Shown here piece after piece: positions 1 to 11,400 of a stretch of 64,000 nucleotides of DNA. The notes below the pieces were generated by a model. It was not told where the DNA came from. It saw nothing but the letters and a program-made list of their open reading frames with translations, and searched no databases. Source of the stretch: Balanoglossus misakiensis (taxonomy: Eukaryota > Animalia > Hemichordata); assembly GCA_040954595.2 (NCBI GenBank), contig CM082591.2:7926047-7990046 (forward strand), read 5' to 3'. How positions within the stretch are numbered: position 1 is the stretch's first letter; each line of letters begins with the position of its first letter. A program made the translations under genes and the position numbers.

Positions 1-432
1 TGAGGCGGGGGTTATTGCTATTATATTATATCAACAGTTGTTTTTGTGGCAAATCAGTGTCATTTTCTTACCGAAACGGCGTCAGAAAGAGAAATTACGA
101 TCGTGAACCAACATGGCGACGGTGAATGTAAACACGTGCGGCCCGGGATCGAGCATTAAACATAAAGCAGACGCCAAAAAGTGACAAAAGTGCAAAATAT
201 TCAGAGCAGAGCAGTTCCAAAATAAAACATCAGTAAATTCAAGTGTTTTTATGTTATTCATTTGGTTTAATCCCGCGCGACTGTGGTATAACCGCACATT
301 TTCCCTGCTGCATGCTAGTTCAGGGGCCCGTTTTACCACTGCCAGCAGTGGTAAAACAGTATTTTACCATAGCTCTCGTCCAATCAGAATCGCGGACGGT
401 AGCATGATATAATATAATATAATATAATATAT

Positions 433-1070
433 GGTATTTCACTCGGTGAAACTATTTTTGATCACACGCTGAAATCATCACACAGCGTTGACTCAGTGAT
501 CGGCGTGACAGTTCGCTGCGCGCTCGAGCGACATACGTGGCATAAGACTCTAGTGGAGAGGGGTGTTGTACAATTCGGTTATAAGAAGCTGTGATAAAGT
601 ATTCAAAGCTGGCGGTTTTGTCATGTTGAATGTATCATTTTTACTTCTTCGGAATTCTCAATGCAAAATAATTGTTAACATGATATTTTGAAAGAGAACA
701 TAGACAATTGTATTTAGAATGAGGATGTGCCCATCAAAATGAAAGCTGCCAACCCCCTTAGAATAATACTACGGCCTACACGTTGATCACCTGAACGCAT
801 CGCCCTGTCTCACTTGGCTATGGGCTACTGTCGTGATCCCAGGGCACCCGGTTCAAATTTCTGGCCGTGAAATTGTTTTTCTCGGCGCATTTTTCGCAAA
901 TCATACTGTTTTATAGGTAGGCATGTATGATAAAGGGGTTATTACACAAATTTTGGTCGATAATGCGCCGCATTCTCGTGATGTCCGTATTTTGACGAGT
1001 TGCGAAGCAAATTTGAGTCAAAATACGATGCGTTATCGAATACGATGCGTTATCGACCAAAAAACAAAAT
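433..1070. mobile_element. Dispersed ~640-bp repeat; copies at 16021-16625 and scrambled or inverted pieces at 41830-42475 and 44566-45390
   Basis: Shared sequence (e.g. gaaagctgccaacccccttagaataatactacggcc); the 42113-42255 copy forms a long palindrome. Confidence 0.75.
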
Positions 1071-2984
1071 AATAAATCATCAGCTCCAGTAGAACATACC
1101 TCTCAAAACGGTTGTTGCTGAGTGGTTGATTCCTTCCCTAGTTAGAGCTTCAATCCAGGTACATCTGAAATAAGTGATAATAGTCGCATGTAAATACAAA
1201 TCCTAGACATTTTTCCTTTAGGTCTATTTTCAAGTTGACAAAAGTTTAGAGGCTTAATTGTGAAGTTATTCCAATAGAATTCTTTTTGTTGATGTCGGGT
1301 TCTATTAGTTGAAAATGGAAGAGGGTGTGGCTCGAGTTTGAGGACTAAAAGAAAAAGACAGAAAATATCACCAAATATTCAATGTGACGTACGTACCTCT
1401 TAATGTCCTAACAGAGTGTTTGATTTCCTCACAAAGTAGAACTCTCCAGGTGAACAACTGAAGCTAAGGTCCCAAAAGTATCAAGAGCGTAAGTGCTCAC
1501 CAGAGAAAAATGGCAGATAAAGTTGCTGATCGATCTACCAAGTGCTGTACACTTGTCATGTGATCTGACTTTAAATACCTGTGTTGTACAAATGTATCAC
1601 GTACAGTCTGGACTCTGTCAAAGTTTAATTTCCATCGCGTCCATTTAGAACATGTCAGCAATTGAAATTCAGTTAACTTTGAAAATGTTTCAATGCAACT
1701 TCATTAACTAAAACTTTATCAAATGTTTACAATATTCCTTAATTGGTGACTGAAAATTTGTTATCTTCAGCTCAATTTAACCATTTTTTTTTATTCTGTT
1801 AAATTTCCCTCTGCTGTTTGTTGACAAGACAGTTGGTTTAAAGGTTAGATAAAACCAGTTGCACGTATACCACTGTTAACTTATCACGTCAGTCTGGACT
1901 CTGTCAAAGTTTAATTTCCATCGCGTCTATTTAGAACATGTCAGCTATTGAAATTCAGTATTTAAAGGTTAGATAAGGCCAGTTACATGTATACCAAGTG
2001 CTGTTAACTTATCTTGTCAGTCTGGACTCTGTCAAAGTTTAATTGCCATCGCGTCCATTTGGAACGTGTCAGCAATTGAAATTCAGTTAACTTTGAATTG
2101 TTTCAATGGAACTTCATCATCTTCTACTCAATTTAACCATTTATTTTTTTTCTGTAAAATTTCCCTTTGCTGTTTGTTAACGGGACAGTTGGCTTAATGA
2201 GGTAAAGGTCGGATAAGACCAGTTGCACGTATACCACTGTTAACTGATTAAAATTTAGTCATCCAAATTAACAGCAAATATGGATAATGTGAACAAGTTG
2301 TAAAATTTATAATTCAGCAAAAAAATTAAGTAGTATAGCAAAATTTACTTCTCACAAACAGTAATGGCCGCTGATCTATTTCAAACAATAAAGACAGTTT
2401 TTGATTGATGGTACTTTGTCAAACACTGAAGCAAGGATAAATGTCTACCATTTGATTTTATCAGTTTAGATATGCCAGGCTTTGCAGGTATTTTGTTTAT
2501 TTTGTGATTCGTTCTGTGTTAATGTCATTCTGTCCCCAGAGATAATATCGTAGTTGATAAGCAAATGGTCTCTGAGTATTGGACCTGTATATAACCGTAC
2601 ATTTCTAAAAAATGAAATAAATTTTACCTACCAGAGGCAAACATTAGATATTGGCAAAACAGGATTAAAATGGCCCATGTCATTGTAATTGAAACATCTC
2701 CAAAAAGTGACTATCATTTCATAAATAATGATTTATTTTATCCATTTAAGCACTGTCTCATTCACTCCTAGTGAAGTCACTCAGAACATTCAATTTAATT
2801 TCTCACAATGATATTATTTTCCATTGCAGATTTTCAAAGGCTATGAAGGAGAGGACTGTATATGTCTCACTGTCAATTTACTAATCTTGAATTTTATTTT
2901 ATTCAAGGACTCATAGTTCAAGTAGGCTTACTGGTGGGTTCTAGGACAGCCACCCCCTGGACATGTACCCACCAAGCATTTACT

Positions 2985-3476
2985 TACTAAATATGTATGA
3001 CCATAACACTGACTGTGACTGATAGATTTTAATTGTAAGACTCTTTTAAGTAGAAATGCGTAGAGTGAGTGTATCATACTAAATATGTATGACCATAACA
3101 CTGACTCTGACTGATAGATTTTAATTGTAAGACTCTTTTAAGTAGAAATGGGTAGAGTGAGTGTATCATACTAAATATGTATGACCATAACACTGACTCT
3201 GACTGATAGATATTAATTGTAAGACTCTTTTAAGTAGAAATGGGTAGAGTGAGTGTATCATACTAAATATGTATGACCATAACACTGACTCTGACTGATA
3301 GATATTAATTGTAAGACTCTTTTAAGTAGAAATGGGTAGAGTGAGTGTATCATACTAAATATGTATGACCATAACACTGACTCTGACTGATAGATTTTAA
3401 TTGTAAGACTCTTTTAAGTAGAAATGCGTAGAGTGAGTGTATCATACTAAATATGTATGACCATAACACTGACTCT
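2985..3476. repeat. 92-bp tandem repeat, ~5.3 copies
   Basis: tactaaatatgtatgacc recurs at 2985, 3077, 3169, 3261, 3353 and 3445. Confidence 0.95.
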
Positions 3477-4661
3477 TCAGTGGAGCTTATCTGCATGATG
3501 AACGTCCAGGGGGTAACCGTCCTAATATTTACTGTAGTATTAACCACAATCTTATCTGACACTGTTTCATGTTGGTTGTGGGACAGCACAAAATCAAACA
3601 CTTAACAAAATGTCCCTCACATATAAACCAATTTTCAAAGCATACTAGTCTGCAGTTCTTAACTTTTTGAGTTTTGATCATTTTCACATTTTCTCAACTC
3701 AAGTACATGCTTTTGATAGTGACTTAATCATTTCAATAAAATCTGAATACAAGTCATTCAGGTGACATTATGCAACTTTTATCTACCAGCTCTCCAGCAC
3801 CAATGCCATCGCAGCTGTGCAGTCACATGACCAAAATAAATAAACAACTCAGCAAATCCACATCAGAAGAACACAGGAATAACAGAAAGAAAGTGAATAT
3901 CTGATATAATGTGATATTTCAAATTTTTTTAAAACAAACATTTCCGTATTACAAAGTTAACATATGACGTCCAATATTTTTGACATTAACAAAATGAAAT
4001 GATTTACATAAATTCAGATATATGAATGTATACACACATTGCCACTTTAAAGGGACAAAGGCTCTCTCTCGCTGCCCTTTTTCCATTAATTATTCTTTGA
4101 TACAAGACACTGTTTATGCTATTCTACATGTGGATATATAGTGAATCAATGTTCGACCACACTCAACTTCTATCCCGTTTGCAGGATATGAGAGTGAAAA
4201 TCTCGCCAATACGAATAAATGGTAAACACAGATATCCCTTACAGGGACTAAATCATCCACTATGTTGCTAGTTTCATGACATCTTCTGTAATGGGTGGTG
4301 TAACCTAATTTATCAGTAAAATTAATCTGTATTGCAATTTATTTATTTATGATGTAGTTGTCATGGTCATGACTGGTTGCAAATTGATGATTCTCACATG
4401 GAAATAGAGCAGTTCCAAAATAAAACGCCCGTTAATTCAACATTATTTTTGTTTTATTTATTTGGTTTAAACATGCACGACTGTGGTTTAACCGCACATT
4501 TAGCTGCCGTATGCTAGTTCAGGGGCCCGTTTTACCACTGCTAGCCATGGTAAAACAGTATTTTACCATAGCTCTCGTCCAATCAGAATCGCGGACGGTA
4601 GCATGATATAATATAATTCACTTTTTTTGATGTCGTGTGGACATGTATTTCATGGTGATGT

Positions 4662-5479
4662 TTATGTCTGCTTGTGGAATACTTTGATTTGGTCGCTGTT
4701 CAACTCTCCAACAGCAATTCTGTCACCGCTGACTGCAAGGAAGTAAGGGTGTCTCACCTTACCTTCAAATAAGTGACAGATCCACTCTCCATCAAATCTC
4801 CATTTCACAATCCTATCATTCCACCGATCACACACAAACAAATTATCGTCGTCATTGACGTCAATGTTGTATGGAAGACTCAGCTGACCAGGACCTGAAC
4901 CTAACACACCAAATTGATACAAGAATTTCAATTCAGCATCAAAACACTTGATGCAGTTATTGAGACAGTCAGACACCATGATGACATTCTTACTGTTGAC
5001 CACCACAGAGTATGGGTAATCGAATTTTGTTTGGCCAACACCTCGACCACCAACCTCTGCAACATACTGACCATCTTGGGTGTACTTGAGTAGCCGATGA
5101 CCTTTGACCTCAGTGACCAAAACAAATCCATTCAGTAGAGCGATGCCCCAAGCACTGACGCCTGCAGGTAGAGTAATTATTCTAAGAATTTTATTGTTTT
5201 GATCACAAACAACAATTTGAGAATTTCCATTATCACTTATGAAGTAGATGTTGTCATGGGAGACAGCTACATGCCATGGCTGGAATGGCTGTGCAAACTG
5301 ACCATCAAAACTTCCCAAGACTTTGTCACAGGTGTAATCTTGATTCAGTATCTGTACAACCCTGTTGCCTTGGTCACACACCACCAGTTTGTCACCATGG
5401 AACACCATACCTCTTGGTCCTTTAAACTTTCGCCCTGGCTTTGGACTTTGGCCATCCAGTGTCCTCACTGACCAGTGAC
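4662..5479 (-). CDS. Terminal exon, copy 1: NHL-repeat beta-propeller (TRIM2/3/71-like NHL domain)
   Basis: Repeated F/L-x-x-P-x-x-V-A-V ... V-x-D-x-x-N-x-R-V/I motifs and FGxxGxGPGQL; acceptor ctaatag|GT gives GHWSVRTLDG in phase 1. Confidence 0.9.
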
Positions 5480-8400
5480 CTATTAGGTGAACCAGAGGTC
5501 AAAGGTCAAACATGCTGTACCCTACTGAAATGCATTAGGAATACTCTAGAGTTAGTGTTTTATTGTTCATTTTAACAAGAGAAAGCATATTACAAAAGAA
5601 ACGAATCATTGCTATGGCAACTGAACTACTAAAAGGGCAGTTTCTCTACACAATGTTTATAGTGACAAGTAACCATGGCAACCAGACTAACCCCCAGTTT
5701 CTGGAACTATTTCTATTGCTCTGCAATACCAAGGGAAAATTTACTTTGTGTCTTTATTGACACGTTATTATAAAATTCATGAAAGACTTTCTTATTTAAC
5801 CATTCAATAGATATACTAACATTGATGTTGCTATGGTAACACATTTGAGGAAATCAGTCTAAAATAATATTTTTCTTGTAACTTTTGACTTCATAGACAT
5901 TTCATAAAAAATCTTCAACTAAACTTCAGGGATAATTCCTCAGTTCATTATTTTTGTGAACAAATTTATTAACATTATTAACTGGTAACCATGACAACTT
6001 ATTTATTTTGCAAAATATGGCATCATGCAAGAGTTAGTGTTTTAATAAGACTTCTTTTAACAAATTGAATTAATGCTTGGATAAATTTTCTGCCAAAGTA
6101 CTATATATGTTTGAAGTTTTTCAATACCAAGTAACCATGGTAACATACATGGAACAGATCAGTAAAACAATGATCATTGTCGTTTAATTTTAAAGATGGC
6201 TATGTTGAATATATTGATTTTGATATTTCTTGATAACAGTGTTACAATTATTTTGAACCACATACACATACACTAGTTAGTAGGTCAGCAAGTTCTTGGT
6301 TTGTGTTATAGGTCGGAAAAGAAAAATGCCTTATGAATGAGATGAATATACATTTGTTTCTTTTTCTAGTCGACCAGAGATAGTCTGCTTTCAAATCAGT
6401 AATTATCACATTGGTGAAGAGAGAACAAATCTACTGTCCTCAGCTGAGAAGGCTGCCACTTTCTGAGACCAAGTGAGTATTTTTGTTGAACAAATGCATG
6501 AGAAAATAATTGTTGTAACTGTCTTTAACTTCGGAGAATTTACTGATAATGTTGTCCTATAATAGTGGGCTACTTGAAACGAAAATAGACTTTGAAAATG
6601 GTATTTTTTTTACTAGAAAATCTATGTGAAAGGAGTTTGTTAATCATTGCAGATGATCTGAAAGATGGAAAACCTACAGTCACTTAGGATGAGTCATGAT
6701 AATGGTCTGTCTCAACACCACTGGCTGTTCCAGATTGTCACTTGGATACAGAAATTGGTAAGTCCCTAATTTGAATTTCATAATTTGTACTATGAATGCA
6801 GTGGGGAAAAGCTAAATGTGTAAAACATATGCCTACAGTGTTTTTAACCCTTTCACCACCATGGTTTGGTCCAAGTCCATCATTTTCTATGGTAAATGTG
6901 GACCTCTATAGAGGGAACTAGGGGGTAAAGGGTTAACATGTGGTCCTTGAGGAAACACTGAAAGACTATTAGCCACTGATGCTTTACTCTGAACAGATGA
7001 TTCCAGTGAAATGTGTACCTTTACAGTTAGCCTCGACATTTTCTGAGCATGTCTGGTTTCATTGCCTTACCTTTCTCACCTGTAGTCTGTCTTTCTTTTG
7101 ACTTTGGTTCATCTTGTTTGGTTAGGTCTGCAGACCCAGATGCATCTTCTCTTGTTGTCTCAGGTTGTGTTGGTTTGGTTTTGGCATCCCCAGTTTCTTT
7201 TTCTGCAGTTGTCTCAGGTTGTGGATGTTTGGTTTCCCCCGATCCAGTTTCTTCTTCTCTTCTCATCTCAGGTTGTGTTGGTTTGGTTTTGGCATCCCCA
7301 GTTTCTTTTTCTGCAGTTGTCTCAGGTTGTGGATGTTTGGTTTCCCCCGCTCCAGTTACTTCTGCTCTTCTCATCTCAGGTTGTGTTGGTTTGGTTTTGG
7401 CATCCCCAGTTTCTTTTTCTGCAGTTGTCTCTGGTTGTGGATGTTTGGTTTCCCCCGATCCAGTTTCTTCTTCTCTTCTCATCTCAGGTTGTGTTGGTTT
7501 GGTTTTGGCATCCCAAGTTTCTTTTTCCTCAGTAGTTTCAGTATCACCAGCTTTAATTCAAAATTGAAATGACAAGACAGAAATTTAATTCCCCTGAGAT
7601 TGTTAATAAATATATCTTCTGAAGCCTGATAAACAGTGTTGAAAATTCAACAGAATATGGTGACCTCAGTTTAAAGTAGAAAAAAAATCAGAAACATTCT
7701 CGTATACAGTTAATGATAGTGAAAATTGAAGCAACAAGATAAAATGAAAGCCAATATGGTACATGTACATCCTCTGGATTGTTGTAATCATCAGCATGTC
7801 TCATTTACAAGGCTTAATAATAATATGAACCAGCCATTGTTTATGTCACATGTGACCACATCCCAAAGTAAAACTTAAAATCAATCTCACCTTGTTCAGT
7901 TTTCAATGTGATCTCTTCTCCCAGTTGAAGACTCATAGCCTTTTTCAGTTGCAGCTCATTATCATATTGCTCATCATGTTTTTTTGATAATTTCAACTTG
8001 AGTTCAGCAATTATTTGGTCTTTCTGATCAAGTTTGGACTTCAACTCTTGGATGTGTCTAGGGTCTGATTCTTCTAATCTTTGCTTGAGGGAAATGACAT
8101 CCAGAAGTTGTGTGAAAGCTACTTTTTCAGTTTTTTCAAGTTTCTGAACACAATCTTTGTACTGCTTTTCTAAGAGAGACTTTTCCTGAATTGCTTCTTT
8201 CAACTGATTCTCTAGAATCGTGTTTTCTGCTCGAAGTTTGAACTTTTCTGCCAAGGTCTTATCCATCTGCTGTTTTAGAGATTTCTTATCTGATTTCAAG
8301 GATTGCATTTCTTGGAACTGTTTTAGACTAACTTCAAAGGGCAGTAAGCTTTGTGCTTGTGAGCTGATAGATTCATGTGGAATGGAAAGAACTGGTGTGC

Positions 8401-11400
8401 CATATTGTATGATTTTTCCCTCCAAATCTGAAATGAAGTAGATTTAATAATTATTATTTAAATGTACATTTAGCAATCTGCAGATCTGAGTAGATGCTGT
8501 TGCCAAATACTTTACTTTCACATTATTATTTAAATTTGTGAAGTAAATTTCACAAAACTATTGACCTTGGTAGGATAAGCAGAAAATGGCTTTGTCAATT
8601 TCCATGTATACATTTTGAATGTTCCAATTCTATAGAAATTGATAGAAAATTTACTGATAGATGTATGGCAATAATTTTTTGTTTTGACTTGTGAGTAGTC
8701 ATTTTTAAATAATGAAAATATTTCTTGTACAGTTTTGCTAGCTGCTTTGTAAAAGTACCACTACCACAGAAAATCTTACACTAACTACCATAGGCTCATA
8801 TCTTGGTACTGAAAGAAAGAAATTCTCAGAGTTTCAGTCAAACCTTTGGAGTGTGTAATATGCTTGTCAGACTTGGTGACTAATGTAATAAAAATCACTG
8901 TTTATTACCTGATTCACTGAAATCAGCCCTTTCTGTGTCAGTCATAAGATACCTTCTAACACCCAGTAACTCTAAGATTTGAGGTCTGTGAGATAGGATA
9001 TGCTGAACTTTCTTGGTCATTTTCCCTGATAGTTGTATGATGTCAAACTCTCTTCCTTTCTGTCTTTTACACTGCTCACTGTCAAATATCTGAGGTGCAT
9101 GTTTGTCTGCTAACTTCTGGAATTTACATGTTGGATCAATCTCCAGAAATGTCTTGTATATTGTCCCACCTGCAAGACATAGATGATGTACAATTCTTTT
9201 TACTTTTTTGGTAAAACTATTCCCATCTTAATGATGAAATGTCTCTATCTGTGATTAAATGGTCTCTATCAAAGAGGCCTAAAATGGCACCTTTGCCCAG
9301 AGTAACAGTAGGTTTAGGAAACTCAAATGATATAACAACATACATCATGTATGAACATGATGATCAAGCCCAAAATCTTGTACTTACCTCGTTTCAGGTC
9401 AATCTGGAAATGATCAGAATGAATTTCCATCTCTGCATCTTGGAAAGCAAGACATGTTCTTTGATCCTTAAATGGATATAATGGAGATTTAGTATTTATC
9501 AGTATTTGGTAGTGAATAATTAGTATTATATTATACCAGTATATTGATGGTGTAAATCACGCTATTTGATTGGTCGAGACACGACACGTGACCGTGATAT
9601 ATTAGCCATATACCACAGTCATATATCATAGTTACAGAAAATGCCTTTTTAAAATGTTTTATGCAAAGTTTCAATATACTGGCATAATATAATAGCAATA
9701 AAACACCCACAGCCATGGTATACCACTCGATTTTGACCAGTTCAACTCCATATACGCACTCGCTATCGCTCGTGCGTATATGTCGTGAACTGGTCAAAAT
9801 CTCGTGGTATACCATGGCTGGGGGTGTTTTATTGCTTAAATATAGAATAGCACATTATTGTTTTCAGAATCATTACAGTAACTGTGTTGTCATTTAATTT
9901 TATTGTTTCATTCACTCACATAACACACTAACATAACAATCTCAATATATCTTTACCTGATCAATTATATCATCATCACTTTCCTCTTCTACACTGTCAT
10001 CACACACTTTCACTGATCTTATTCCCCCACCATCTCCTGGAAGATAATAAAAAAAGGAAATGTATAGTGTAATATGTACACTCTTGATTCTTTGGAAAAA
10101 ATGTCTAAGACTTGAGAAATTAGCTTAGAGATAATACAGTTAACCATGCAACATGTTTTGATTTTGTTTGTCAGAAACAATTTTTATATTGCATCTTTAA
10201 ATTTTTGTAAAAGTTTTTTAGTGTTTCTGTGCAGTTTGCGCCTTTGTTATAAGCTGAACCAATTATTATTCATGTAATCATGTGTAGACTGAGCACCCTG
10301 ACTGACTTTAACTTTATATTTGCTCTTGTTCATGAGCACTTAAGTCTGGACTGATTTCTGTGCTTATGAGGGAAGACTAGTTACACTTACTGTTCTGGAA
10401 GAATAGTTCCAGTTCATCAAACCTGGCTTGGTCATATGAAGCTATCAACTGCAGTGGTATTCCAGCTGTGTTGGCCTCTGTCATTTCATCTGTCATCAAG
10501 ATTGGTTCAAACGCTTTGGCTAAACTTCTTGAATCTTCAAGACAGCTTCCCCGCAATCTGTAGAGATTATAAAGTCTACGCATATTGACTGTGATTTGCA
10601 GAGACCCTTTTTCCATATTGGTTATGTCCACTTCACCCAGTTTATCAGTGCAGGCCTTCTTGACTTTGTTGATATCATCACCGTTGGTTACCACTTCAGC
10701 TGCTCTTCTCTCCAACCCCTGTTTGCATTTGTCCCAAGATGCAGAAGCCGCCTGCTGCATTAATGCCTCGTTCGGTGTTTCGTCTTGTAGATGCTGCTGA
10801 TAGGCATTTTCATCCAGTCCGACATGGATTGTAATTGTTGTGTCAGCTGGAGATAGGAGTAAGAACATGATTTTAATAGCTTGTAAAAACAACACTGTAT
10901 GTTTTGAAGGATTAACAGCTTAAGGATGTACGTTCAGTAAAATTGAAAGTATTGTCATTTTTTTTAATTGTGGATTTTTGGATTCTCCTTTGTATGTATA
11001 ATGAAAATCCGTAATAAAAAATAGGGGTCACCGCGCTTGTTTTTGAAATACAGAGCCATGAATTTGGTCGATAATAGAAGAAATCCGATGACTCAGCATT
11101 TTTCACCAATGGTTTGTCTATGGGCAAAATTTTTAACGCAATTTATCTCAAAATAGAGTGCGGTGACCCCTATATTTTATTTGACCAATGAATTTATATT
11201 TGCTGGACTGAGCTATGTGTGAAATTTTGTGAAAATGACAATAGTAGAAGTTTGTTTTCTAGCAATTTTCAATGTAATCCTATGGGGAAAAGACCGGGCG
11301 CGCAGTGTTTCCGGTTTATGTTCTGCGCGTACATCCTTAAGTGTAGTACATACAACCACTACCCAACCCACCTCCCGATTTTACTAATGTCTGTAGTTAC

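Noticed and set aside
4662-5468. Calling the NHL ORF a TRIM2/TRIM3/TRIM71 ortholog
   Set aside because: No RING, B-box or filamin exon was found; it splices in frame to the GT/TRADD-N-like gene
7049-7572. Three long + strand ORFs (also 31141-31988)
   Set aside because: Antisense shadows of the 108-bp coding repeat; only the minus frame has matching splice phases
9531-9815. Recurrent 94-105-aa ORF (also 16632, 41063)
   Set aside because: Lies inside a short palindromic repeat element and has no protein-like motifs
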